Positions 49,501 to 62,635 are shown, counted from the stretch's first letter. The stretch: DNA of 64,000 nucleotides from Callorhinchus milii (GCF_018977255.1 NW_024704743.1:45882001-45946000); one strand, 5' to 3'. Notes: a model not told the origin generated them from the sequence alone. A program made the numbers and translations.

Positions 49501-50377
49501 AAGCGACAAATGTTATTCGTCTGTGGTTAGAACCACTGGTTGTAAGCTATAAAAGTTAAAAGAGCAGTTTGCTTGATCTTATTCACCTGAGTGGCTGAAG
49601 ACGCCATTTAACAAAAGATCAACAAAAGTAGCTTCCTGCAATTGAGATTACAGTGGAGTGAACATGTACCTGTGTTAAAAGTGTGGTTTTTGGTCATTAG
49701 AGTTCATGTTGGCAAACTCATGTTAGAAAGTCCCATACTTAGCATAACATTTATGAAAAAATCAAGAAGCAAGATCCAGTCTACTTGTTTTAAGCGCTCT
49801 GAGATTCTGCTACGAATGAAGGGCGCTATATAAATACAAGTTGTTATTGTTATCTAACTAAGACGTTCTAGAGACTTGTAAAGAAAGTAGTTGCTTAGAA
49901 GAGATAATTGGGACTGAGACAAGCCAGTATGGTCCCAGACTTAGTGTTTTGCTCTAGGCTCTGTTAAATGATTTCTGGGAGGGCTGATATCAGCCCATCA
50001 TATGTGTGTGTGCCATTGCTACCTCTTTTTTCTCTTTATGTCACCATTTCTTGTTCTACATTTATGTTACAGTACCACGCACTTGGGTATGGAAATAAGG
50101 GCTGAAGACATGTTAGAGATCTCATATTCAGGCAGTTGCACTTTGATTTTGTGGGCCTTGACCCTGATTCACAGTAGTAGTACTACTAGTAGTAGTAGTA
50201 GTAGATTTGATAACGGCAAATTCTTTCTCGTAATCTAAAGAATCCCAATTGTTTAATGTAACTCTTTCCTTGTTGAGTACGTTATTTGAATGTGGCACTG
50301 TTGGTATATTTTTAATTGCATTAAGTAAATTGAATAGGGCAAAGTGGACTAGTGTATTCTGTTTATGCGGACAACTA

Positions 50378-50700
50378 GAGTCCTGAAGCTCAGTGGTTAG
50401 AGCACTCGCCTTGCAAGGGAGACACCTGGGTTCAGTTCCAGGTAGAGCGAAACCTTGTTGCAAGTTTCCTTACTCCACACAGAGCCCTAATAATAATCCC
50501 TCCAAAACAAAACAATAATAAAAAATTGGTCATTTTCAATCCATGACTGTTTGTGGGACATTGCTGTGCACAATTGGCTGCCGCGTTTCACCCACAAATA
50601 TACAGTCAATTCACTTTACAGTATATTCTGTGAAGCGCTTTGAGACGTCGAGAAGACGTGAAAAGCGCTATATCAAATGCAAGGATTATTATTATTATTA
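50378..50700 (+). mobile_element. Full-length tRNA-Ala SINE
   Basis: Same structure as 16765-17088. Confidence 0.9.
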
Positions 50701-50854
50701 ACTGGTATAACCACAAATTCTGCTTATAACATATTGGAGTCCTAACTGCATTTTTTTTGCAATTTTATTTTACAAATCTGAGCATTCCAAGTATGATGGC
50801 ATGAAGAAAATTCATTTTTTAACCAGTTTGACACAATGGATTGCTCAGATCCAT

Positions 50855-51173
50855 GGAGTCCTGTAGCTCAGTGGTTAGAGCACTCGCTTTGCAAGCGAGA
50901 GACCTGAGTTCAATTCCAGGCACAGGGCGAAACCTTGGGCAAGTTTCCTTACTCCACACGCCTAATAATAATCCCTCCAAAACCAAAAACAATAATAAAT
51001 TGGTCATTTTCAATCTCCGACTGTTTGTGGACATTGCTGTGTGCAATTGGCTGCCGCGTTCGCCCACAAATATATAGTCAATTCACTTTACAGTGTGTTC
51101 TGTGAAGCGCTTTGGGACGTCCTCCCGACGTGAAAAGCGCTATATCAAATACAAGGATTATTATTATTATTAT
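50855..51173 (+). mobile_element. Full-length tRNA-Ala SINE, very similar to 16765-17088
   Basis: Same head, body and (ATT)n tail. Confidence 0.92.
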
Positions 51174-52260
51174 GGATGCTATTTAAAAAAAGTTCTATCT
51201 GCTTCAGAGCAAATTGTTCTACAATACATTTAGTCACTTTAAAAGGTGAAAATTTGACTGAAGAAGTGATGATTAAGTGTTAAAAAGTTGAGTTTTAGGA
51301 AGTGTCTGTCCAAGGCACAGCTCCTCTTGATTTCCACATAATATTAATAATATAGCATTTAGTTTTTTTTAATATATTGAGAGAGCTCTTTTTTTTATTG
51401 AGATAGCCACAGTGTTATTGTGCTGAGGAGGAGCTATTGTTTCACAAGTTTTCCCCACAAAATCCCTAAACCTAGCAGGTGGTTGTCAGGAGTGAAAGAA
51501 CATCTATCAAGTACCATTAACAGTTGTAATTGACTCAGGGAATTGCTCAGGCTGTATTTAAATTCCAGAATATAGGAGCTCGATCGTTAACCAATAATTA
51601 ACAGTGTTTTACATTCACTGCTATGGATTTAGCAGTACTGGAAATTTAAAGTGATCAAGTGGGTGACTAAATACAGAAGCAAAAGGACTATAACATTTAA
51701 TTTTTTTTCTCCATTCCCCATTCTGGTGTGTTTTCAAGGTTATGAAGAAGCTGGACATTCTGATCAGTGGAGGTTCAGTGTCGCTCTTATTAACAGGACT
51801 GTGTAAAGGATTCAGTCACTGTTTTTCAATGGTATCAGAAATTGCTCAGTCAGGTTTTGTTTGGGAGAGGAGTACATTTGCTTTTGTTTTCTCTTCACCT
51901 CTCTCCACTCTTTCACTGTTAAATTGGATGAGAATTAGGTTCTCTCCACTCATTGAACTTTAAACATTCTTTTACACTTGCAGTCTGAATTAAAAATACC
52001 AGACCTCTTGTTATGAATAATAAAGAGCCAACTGTGAGTAGCATTGTTAACACAACCTACTCCTCTGAGAACCGTCACACTGCGATGTAACTGACTGTCA
52101 CCTCTGTTGCTTCTGTTAATTAAAACTTAACAATTTAAATGATACACAGATTTGTTTTCTGAAGAAAAAAGTCTTCCTTTTTTAAACATAAAGTTCTTTC
52201 TGGCTTGGTTTTCTGTTGTAGCTTTTGAATAAGTTGCCCTTATCTACTCAATAGTATCTG

Positions 52261-52915
52261 TTGTCAGCCTGGTTCACTTGGTGCATTCTCATCTCTGGGT
52301 CAGAAGGTTGTAGGTTCAACTCTATTTTTGGACTGAGCTCCAAGTGCAATGTTGGGCAAGTTTCCTTACTCCACACCTCTGTTTACATAGCAGTAAGTAG
52401 GAACCCGGTTGTTAGTCAATTGGCAGGTCGCTTTTCCGGTGGTAAAAATTCCTTCAAAAAAANTAATAAATTGGTCAATTCAATCCACGACTGTTTGTGG
52501 GACACTGCTGTGCGCAATTGACTGCCATGTTATGCCCACAAAATATACAATCAATTCACTTTACAGTATATTTTATGAAGCACTTTGAGACCTCTCGAAG
52601 GCGTGATAAGGCGCTATGTCAAATGCAAGGATTATTATTATTATTGTTGGAGATGCCGTCGTTCGGCTGAAATGTTAAATCAAGGTCCTGTTTGGCTGTT
52701 CAAGTGGACATCAAAGATCCCACGGCACTATTCGAAAAGACAAGGGATTTTCAGTCTGTGAGCTGGCTAACAATACCCCAGATAAAATGAGTAATTCACA
52801 TCATAGCTGCTTGCAAATTGGTTGCTGCATTGACTGATAAATACAGTCACTTTATGTCTTACAGTTGGGAGACACTTTAATAATAAAGTGCTATATCAAA
52901 TGCAAGGATTATTAT
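52261..52915 (+). mobile_element. Older Deu-SINE with a long-variant young SINE nested inside (52352-52645)
   Basis: Old head TGTCAGCCTGGTTCACTTGG...GTCAGAAGGTTGTAGGTTCAA (52262-52345). The old body resumes after the young (ATT)n tail (TGTTGGAGATGCCGTC...AAAGATCCCACGGCACTATT). Confidence 0.75.
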
Positions 52916-53934
52916 AGTATTTAATATTTTGTTGCTTAACACTGTACAAAAGAGAACAACATAACATATGCCATCCCTGTGTGTAAAATGGTTATTTTTA
53001 GGAGGCTATGATTTAATATAGAATTTTTTAAACCATCTACAATGTAATGTATTATATCATTGCATTTTGATATATCGCTTTATCATGTCGTGGAGAAATC
53101 TCAAAGCACTTCACAGAATATTCTGTGCAATGCTAAATCAAAATTGCTTGTTACATTGTATTGTTATCATTTTTAAACTGAAGTGTTTGACCTGAATCTT
53201 TACTGAGTCACACGATTGTTTTGAAAGGTACTTAGTTGTGTTTAATTTGCTGTATTCTTTATTGTAATTTTTTTAATAAGGACTCGTTAAGTCATGCAAG
53301 TGGGGACTTCTTTGGTAACTGTAATAATAACGTTTGATAAGGTGCCTTATCACGTGTTCGAGACGTCTCAAAGGGCTTCACAGGATATACTGTAAAGTGT
53401 AGTGACTATATTTTGTGGGAGAAACACGGCAGCCAATTGCGCACAACTGTGTTCCCACAAACAGCTATGGTGTATTTATAATACACTGGTTAAGCGAATC
53501 AAGTCATTAAATATCTAAGTGGTAACCAGTTTTCAGTAGAAGAACTATATCTCGAGTATAGTTCCTATGCTTAATAGGAATTTTAATAGGATTCCTCCCA
53601 TTAAGAAATACCACAATTAGACCCCGACAGATTCCTTCTGACATGAAAGGCACTATACAAATGTAATTTGTTGTTGATATCTTAGCCACATATCTTCTTA
53701 AATTTTCATGAAATAATGATGACAAGTTTTAGAATAGACATTGAATACTTTTAATGATTTTTTTTAAAGACCTTAGGATGACATATGATACCAATACCAT
53801 TCAAGAACCCAAATTAAAATTTAACAAAATATCATTGTGTTATTAATTTTTTTTTGCAATTTTCACACTAGGATATTTGATAAATGGGTAAGTCCTCCCT
53901 TTCACCTTCAAACATCTGCTTTTCCATTTTACAG

Positions 53935-54027
53935 AGAGTGATCACCTACGCCATGTGGAGAAAGATGTACTTATTCCCAAAATGGTGAGGGAGAAGGCCA
54001 AGGAACTTTGTTCAGACAGCGTGCAAG
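53935..54027 (+). CDS. CMC1: Internal coding exon (probable exon 2) of CMC1, CX9C-motif COX assembly mitochondrial protein
   Basis: Polypyrimidine tract and acceptor ttttccattttacAG (ends 53934); donor CAAG|GTAATT (54028). The 93-nt phase 1-1 exon reads xAG AGT GAT CAC CTA CGC CAT GTG GAG AAA GAT GTA CTT ATT CCC AAA ATG GTG AGG GAG AAG GCC AAG GAA CTT TGT TCA GAC AGC GTG CAA G = (E)SDHLRHVEKDVLIPKMVREKAKELCSDSVQ. This matches the remembered vertebrate CMC1 segment HLRHVEKDVLIPKIMREKAKERCSEQVQ, including the first Cys of the CX9C motif. Too short for the ORF track. Confidence 0.92.
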
Positions 54028-54069
54028 GTAATTGTTTACTCTCTGTGTGCTGGAGTAACACTTATTTAC

Positions 54070-54380
54070 TATCCATCATGCTTTCATGACGTTCAAGCTT
54101 AACTACAGTAACACCCTGTTGGCCAGACTCCCCAGCTCTTTGCTACATAGGCTGCAGACTATCTATTCAAAACTCTGCAGCCCATGTCCTCTTCCTCACC
54201 AGGCTCCATGAGCCTATCACCCATCCTTGTTCAGCTCCATTAACTCCTTACCCCCCCCATCAAATCAAATGCAAGATCATCATTTTCACCTTCAAATCCT
54301 TCCACTGTCTGACCCCCACCCCACTTTTCAACCTCCTTCAAACCTTACCAATCTGGCAGCTCGCTGTATGATGTACTGAG
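54070..54380 (+). mobile_element. Old L2 fragment just downstream of the CMC1 exon
   Basis: Degenerate SRLDY / QNSAAHVL / LH / KIIIFTFKSFH-coding remnants. Confidence 0.65.
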
Positions 54381-57300
54381 GTCTGACCATGCCATGAAAA
54401 TCATCCATCAGTCTCTGTAGAAACTGTTCCCATGGGAGGATTTGTTTTCTTAAAACATGTACAATTATTGGGTGATATAAAAATCCTGTACTGAGAAACA
54501 TTAATACAATACATATTTGCACTGGCGGCCTAATCGCATTTTGCAAGTAAGTCACGAGTGAGAAGTTCGTATCACACAGTTCCTCGCCAACCATTCCCAC
54601 CACAACCACAAGGTTGACAACAAGATTGCTCTGAATTTTCTACTTTTAGTCAGATACTGTTAAGTTTGAAAATAAATCCTTCTTCAATGTTCATCTTAAG
54701 TAAAATAATTATTGAGTTTATTTTCTTAAATACGCTTTGCATTTGAGAAAAAAACATGCATGTAAAGCATCTCTTTAATTTTACGATAAACCTTGACAGC
54801 ATTTATTTTTACAAGAAGTGTAAACACGCAGCTGTTCTTTATGTGGGTTATAAAATTTTTCATGTAATTGCCATTTTTACTGAAAACTGTTCACTTGCAG
54901 TTCATGAATGAAATTTAAATTAGGTAGAAGTTTTTACATATGTTTCTTCTCCTCTTGACATGCCATCTGTCTCGTTATTTGGATTACCAAGTTTCTATTG
55001 GCAATAAAGTTGGATTGTGCCTTATAATTCCACACACTTCCTTACAATGTGTGGTATTCAGATCAGTTTCACATTGACTTCCGTTTTGCTTTCTCCTGGG
55101 CTTGGTATTTATATTCACGGATTTTACCTGATTTTATATTTAGTCAAGTTCACCTACAAATACACAGTCACTATACTTTACAGTAAATTCTGTGACGCAC
55201 TTTGAGACTCTTCAGCATGATGAGGTGCAATATTAAATCCAAGGATTATTATTAGTCCTAAAAGGACTGTCATAGGTAGAAAACCATTGGATAACAGAAG
55301 TGATGCTTCATGGAAATTCTATTATATATATATATATAATTTCTCATTCTATAGTTTTGGCATTTAGAACCATGGATTTATTTGAGGAGCCACATATTTC
55401 ATTCCATAATTTGAACATCAATTCAATCAGCCCTTTGAAATCTCAGTTTTCATGTTGCATTGTTACAGAGGCTACAGTGAGATAGATACGCAAGCTTTTC
55501 CAGAAAGGTAAGTAAAATGGCTTTCGCTCTGAGGAAAGAGGCCTCATTACAGCCATGAGCAGCAATTATGGATATCAAAAGCCTTCGCTTACCAATGAAC
55601 ATTTAACTCTGGCTGCTATTGAATTTGACTTGATCTAATTTGTTAGTATTAATTAGTTTCTTTGTAATCCAGACACTCGGTGCTCACAGTCAAAGATGAG
55701 GTGGACTAATTAGGATTGAGGCTGGAGGAGAAAACTGGGTAAAGTGTTAACCTTCAGTCCTTAACAGAGCCTCAGCTGGTAAAGTCCAAAAAGACCAAAT
55801 GCTCCCTTTTCACACTGTTAGAGTGCCTTAATGAATCCACAACCGGAGAATTTAGCCATACTTTAACAAGCTGTCTGCTTTGTGAACTGACTTTTTTTTG
55901 TTTAACCCAATGTATTTGAAAGTTTTTTCTTCTTAAAATTAAAGAGACTTCTCACCCTCTTTTATTGTTGTGAAAATTGATATGTTTTAATTGTACCTTA
56001 GCAAAATTAATGGAATATGAGCATCTGTTGCCTTTGTGCAGAAATTATAATGCTATAGTACATATATAGTCACTGTAGTGGTACAGTGCATTAAGGAAGC
56101 ACACTGCAAGATGGAATGATAGGATTTTCACACGTTCTTTTCGCACACATTCGACTTTCCTATTTTTGCTTGTCACCATGTGAAAGTGACAAACTGGCGC
56201 AGTTGCTTTTACACAGAGAAAGAAAGAAAATCGGAGGGTAGTTACCTTAAACAATCTTGGGTAACTTCTGGTGGTTGTTTTTTTATAAAGTGGCTTTGAT
56301 AGAGACTTGAGTGGGGAAATTTCTAGTCTAACTGCTCAGGTGTACAAAGTTAATGGCAGGTGGAGAGCAAATTATACTTACATATAACATTTATATATTT
56401 TCATATTGATTTTTATATATGTTTTATACATATATATTCAGTTATACAACTTGAATGCTGATTCCTATCTTATCAAAACTAGATTTTTGTTTATCAGAAT
56501 TGCTACTTACTGTAAAGCTGATTTCACTAATATAGAAGAGCAGAAAAGCTTAAATAACTTGTTTTAATTTTCTGGTTTTGGTTCATTCCAATCTTGTCAG
56601 CTTGGTATGAGGGGTACAATAGACAATCGTGTCAAAGATTGTCGACAATACCTTAATGGGAAATGCTTCAATTTACAAGAACTGAATCATTTGTCAGTGT
56701 TTTGTAGCTTGTATTCATTTTTTCTCCCTTTGAATGTGGTTTGTCACATTCTTTTGCTTATTGGTTTGAAGAGGAAGGAGAAGGGTTTGTGGAGCACGGT
56801 GGCTTCACAACTGCCATCAATGTCTTTCTTATCCCCGACATGATTCAGTCAAGGTAGCAAGGCACCGCCCACAGATGAATCTGGAAGAACTATTAAACAT
56901 CAGTTTTGAAGCAGGTCTATTCAAGTGACCAGAAATTCTAAGACTCGTACCCTGTGAATTGTTGGATGGGTTGTAAGTGATCAACAGTTAGTTGCACAAT
57001 ATGAGATTACCAGCATTCACTTCTTATAATGAGAATTTTTTGCACATATTTTAGTTTGAGAAAATGTGGTTTGAAAGTTACTAGTTTACGTACATTATTT
57101 GCTCACTATTATTCCCCCTTAATCCATTTTTTTGCCTTAAACCTGACATACAGATTGAAGTTGCATAAAATTTTAAAATTGGCAGAGCAAGAATATTCAA
57201 TGCACCTCGTCATGCCAGCTCTCTGAAAGAGCTATCACTTGGCTTCTGTTAACCTTGGAAGCCAAAGCCTGAACTAGTCGGGCAGTTCTAGCTGGACAAG

Positions 57301-59660
57301 CAATGGGAAGCTTGCCAGATAGTGCTTACAACAGCAAACTGCATTTTTAGCTGGTTAAGCCTCAGCAGTACCCCAATGCACACTGTGGGGTTCCCAAGCT
57401 TGGTACTTTCCGACTTGCACCTAATATCTCTCTGGAATTAGGAAGTAAGATGCTTCCCTCCAGGGAGTGCATATACATTCCATTCCCAGCACAGCAGACC
57501 CCCAAAATGTGTCATGCCAGATTAAAGGTACCTGTTCAGTTCAATTTCTTTGCTATATAAATACAGTCAATTTAATTTACAATATATTCTGTGAAGAGCT
57601 TTGAGACTTCTCGAAGACGTGATAAGGGGCTATATCAAATGCGAGGATTATTATATTATATAGAATGATTGCTTTGCCTTGAGTTTTAAGAAGGAGCAGC
57701 AGATATTTTCCTGTCTTAATGCTAACATATTTGAATGATTGTCTAATTGCAAGCGATTATCTAATCAAATTGTACAATTGTCGAATTGCCACTTTGTCCA
57801 TTCAGGAAAATATAAGGGAGAGGGAGTAATTACAAAAGGCAATTCCACCTTGTTCTTCCTTTCAGATTTTCTTCAATCTATTTAAATGGGAAACCAGAAA
57901 GGTTTTATTAATTCAGAACTTTCTGCAAAAACCTATGATATTGTATTATTGTATTCTTTCAAAACAAGAAGAACATTTTTGGTGGTACTGTATCAAACAT
58001 GGTTTATACATGGGTTCCTACCATTTCCTATTTCACATCCGTGGTAGATGCTGTTGACATTGCCTCAAAGAAATCATAGAATGTTGCAGTTTGCCATAAA
58101 AAAATAAAAACTAACGTGAGGTATACTGATATAAAGTTCAAATGAATCTACATCTTTATTATGCAGTGAGTTGATTCAGAGAAATATTATAATCCTTAGT
58201 AAGGATCTTAGTAGTAGTTGTGCATTTGTCTACACAGCTTTGGAATTTCTACCTTTCATAAGTAGAGCAACTAAATCCAAACAGAATAGTGTTCACCATA
58301 GAATGTGAAACTGATCATCACAGGTCAGTAGCACAATGTTTGTGTTTGTTTTCTGTAGATATGTAATTTAGATCTTAATTATTCTATATAATTAACTGCT
58401 ACCCTTCTTGATTCCAACCCCCAGCTCGGGTGCCAATTCTTAACAGTTCAGTGCCTTGGGACATGTTTCCGACGTGAAAGACAGTATATAAATGTAATTT
58501 TATTGCTGTTATTTAGATGATCATTTTTAATGTTCTACTGATTAAGGTTTGTAATCAATTTGTTAGAATGAGTGTAGATATGTTACTCTGTCTTACACTT
58601 GACTTTGTGCTATAGGAAACATAGCACCATTTCAGTAACAAGGCAGATATTAGTAGTGTTGTCAGTCTTTCATGCTAGGCTATTGAGATAATTATTAAAT
58701 GTGTAAACTGAACAAAGTAGGGTATAGCTCAGGAATATGTGAATGGATTGTTGTGTGCAATTCACATTTAATAGGGAAGTGGTACTAGTTTGGTGATGTA
58801 TGAGAACTTGATATGAAGCTGTTTTAATAATTGATGCTACATTTAATAGTCCTGGTAATCAGTCGTCACAGCTCTGGAACTTGACTGGGGGAAAACCACA
58901 CATCTAAACCTCAGTTTCCCTCTAGAGGCTTAACGTTGCCACAGCATTTATCAAGTTCAGCTGCGCACAGGTTATATTGGGCATATCAGTTAGCATTATG
59001 GCATTTGCTGAAGACATTTTTAAATTAGCTTCTCAATTTGTAATAGGTATAAAATAAAATCTGGTAGTATACAGATGGAAAAATAATGGCTAAGCGTTAC
59101 AATGTGATAATATTTATTGTTGGTTATATTCCATAAATTCTTTAAAAGGGTTTTTGAAAAAACCTTGCAATTATACATGGCTTTTTATGTAGGAGATATT
59201 GAGAGAGTTCTAGAGTACTGGGGCAAAGTAGTTGAAAGTTTGATCACTGGTTGTGGCACAGAGTGATCGACAGGCGAACGAGAGAATGGAGTTGGAGGAT
59301 GAGGATTTTCAAGTCAATCTGCAAGGAGTCAGGGAGCCAGTGAGGTATCTATATGCTTTAAAGATAATAATATTAAAAGTATGGGGATCAGGCAGGAAAA
59401 TACCATGTCAGTGTAGACTTGATGAGTTAATTGGCCTGTTTCTATATTGTAGTATTCCATGATACTTTGGTGTACTAATGTGCTGTGGCACAGGGTGGTT
59501 ATGACGAGAGTTCTGTTCAGTGGCTAGTTTTGTTTTCAATCCCATACATATCTATGTATATATGCAGTGTGTCTTGGATGAACCTCTAAACTGGGGAATG
59601 GTGAATGAGGTTAGAGGAGGAGAAAGAAGAATATTATAAAAGTAGAGCTTTTGTGTAGTA

Positions 59661-59796
59661 CAAGCGGGTCCAACTTTTTGGCTGTTGAGGGCCGGATGCT
59701 CGATTTGAGAAACGTCCGCTGGCCGCATAAGCAATACTTTTGGGTTGACCTTCCAGAAATATAACCCATAAGAATTCTGCCATTTGGACAACCCTG
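59661..59796. mobile_element. hAT (Charlie-like) MITE relic
   Basis: Imperfect TIRs CAAGCGGGTCCAA...TTGGACAACCCTG; 8-bp flanks GTGTAGTA / ATGTAATA (6 of 8 identical). Confidence 0.6.
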
Positions 59797-61039
59797 ATGT
59801 AATATATAATTGCTTTTAATATAGCGCCTTTCACATCAGGTAGACATCTTAAATCTCTTCACAGGATTGACTATAACATGTAGTGACTATTTTGTAAGCG
59901 AATATGACTGCCAATTTGCACACAGAAATGTCCTACAAACAACCATGATGTGAATGACAAATTTTATCTGGGGCATTGCTGGCTAGCATACTGAAAGAAA
60001 CTCCCTTCTCTTTAGAATATTGCTATGAGATTGTTAACATTCACCTGAATAGGCAAACTGTGATTTAACATCTCATCCAAAGATGGCACCTCCAAGATAG
60101 TGCTCCCTCAGGCACTGCGATAGACTGAGTTTAAAGTCCCAACGTGGGGCTTGAATCCTCAACCTTCTGACTCAGAATAGAGAGCGCTGTCAACTGAATC
60201 AGATTGTTACCTATAATTCACAAGTTTGGGTAATTTCTGAATGCACGTAGATTGGCAAATGTGTGTAAATTCTTATAGTGCATCAGAGAGAATAGGAATC
60301 TAGTCAACTTGTAGGAACTTTTATCAAATGGGGTATATCTTTCTGCAATGGGGACACCAGTATTCTCAGTACAGGAAATCTCCACCCTCTTAACTCAGAA
60401 GGAACTTTGATGTTTGCAAAAAAAATCATGCTGATAATTTTTGTGGTGTTGATCTATTGTCATTTTGGATAAACATTTCATGGAAGTGTACCAAATTTCT
60501 ACTTAACATTTCTAAAACAGTACACAGTAATCTTTTATAGTTTTTTAACAGAAATATTTTTAAGAGGAATCAGCAACATATTTTTTCCTCTCTTAATGCA
60601 TCATTAGAAGCTAGTTCTCTGATATTAACCAGATACATTATGTAGGTATGATTTGTATTTTTGCTTCACCTACATTATTGAAATGTTATTCGTTGAAGAT
60701 TGTCGTTTACCACTCCCAGCTCAGGTGCCCAGCCGGTATTGTCATGTGCTTTGAGACATGAAAGACGCTATAAAAGTGGATATTGTATTGTTTTGAAAGC
60801 AGTGAATTCCTTCATGTTATTTTCCTTTATGTGAACAAAATCGTGCTTGTCAATGTCAGTTCTTCATCTTTTTACTCATATATCACATGACTATACGACA
60901 GCTGCCTTCGTACAAAAAGAGAAGAAAGTTTCTCCCACTGAAGAGATTAATGTTTTATTTGTGCCACTTTGCAGCCCCACATTTTCCAAGCTTTTATTAA
61001 GTCCTTGACATCAAGCTCCAAACTATAATTCAGTTTAAT

Positions 61040-61490
61040 TGGTTACGGCAGTTTATGCCGTAATCAATTACTTCGTTCCCAAGTTTTGTGTTATCTGCAC
61101 AATAAAAATTTTGCTCTCTATACCCAAGTCCAAGTCATTTATGTATATCAAAAAGAGCAGTGGATCTTACCGACCCCTGGGGGACACCACTGTATATTTA
61201 CCTCCAATCTGAAAAACAATCGTTCACCACTACCCTCTGCTTTCTTCAATTTTGTATCCATACTGCCATTGCCTTTTATCCCATGGGCTTCAATTTTGCT
61301 AACTAGTCTATTACGTGGCAACTTATTAAACACCTTCTGAAAGTCCATATACACTACATCAACTTCACTACCTTCATCAATCCTCTCTGTTATTTCATCA
61401 AAGAACTCAATTAAATTTCTCAGACACGATTTTCCTTTAACAAATCTGTGCTGACTGTCATTAAGTAACTTATGTTTTTCCAACTTGTTT
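61040..61490 (-). mobile_element. CR1 RT fragment
   Basis: ORF 61148-61483: SQHRFVKGKSCLRNLIEFFDEIT...VDVVYMDFQKVF. Confidence 0.85.
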
Positions 61491-62635
61491 CATGTGATTT
61501 TAAAAGTCACCAATGAAGGAAATGAGAGGTTTCACACATGAAAAGATTAATCAGAGAATGTTTTATTTCTGCCACTTTGCAGCTACACTTTTTTCCAAGC
61601 TTTTTGTTTAGACCTTGACATGAAGTGCCATATTCAAGCATTTGAATCAAGCTCCATTATTGGCTGCAAATTCATGCTTATCCACAAATGCCTATTTCTG
61701 TGGTGGAAAAATTGCCCTCTAATAATGTGGACCCAACTGGCTCAGGACCAGACTATCTAGACCATCACAGAGGATTGACTCAACTTTGACATCTAATGTC
61801 AAGCACACACTTTGGAGCGGCTCAGCTCTAAGGAACTCCCTACCCCCAAAGGTTTGTGGTAATGAAGGACTTGTTACCCTTCCCGGGGTGCTGTGTAACC
61901 TCTTGGGTAATGTCACCACCTAGAAGCAGAACCAATATTGAGGCGATCACAATCATATTTATTCCAGTCAACATTTCATTTTCTGTTTAGAACTTAAAAT
62001 ATGTTTAAAGTTAAAATATTGTTACCAACTACAGTATACAAAAGATTAAACCACCTCTCCAAAACCCCTCGAGATTATCAAATGTTTGAAGAAATTTGCC
62101 CTTAGAGGTGAAACTTGCCCTTTTGAAGTAAAAAAATGCTTTTCAACAACAAATTTGCTTTAAATTTGCTCTTTTTTCCTGGTCTTAATTAAGTTCCTGC
62201 GTGCATTGGTGAAGGGTAAGTCAATAACATCCATGATACCTTATAATGAGTGCTCCAGCCAGCAGGGGTCAGACATCATCTAACTCTTGATATCTTGAAT
62301 TATATGATCGGTATGCTACATGTTCATTCATATACATTTACTTTCAGTTGCTTTTGAAAGGCCACAATGAGGTGACTCATTAAGAAGTGAGTTTATTATA
62401 CTCTAGTGCTATTGAAGACATGTCTTGAGGTCAAGAGATGTGGGCTCTATTAATGTCTCTTTGTAGTTGACAGGTGGACAAGAAGATCTTGTTGAAGTGT
62501 AGCAGAAGCACACTTTTGTGCTTTTGCCTTAAATGCCCAAAGCTGGATGAAGCATTTACAGAAGAAATTGAAAGAAAACGGAGCTAGCAGCAGCCAGGCA
62601 CTTGCCCAGCTGGGACCTCCCTATCAGTTAGGCAA

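Noticed and set aside
56045..56254. 69-aa minus-strand ORF in unique sequence
   Set aside because: No recognisable domain, non-ATG start and no convincing splice sites; may be non-coding conserved DNA, but I cannot support a call.
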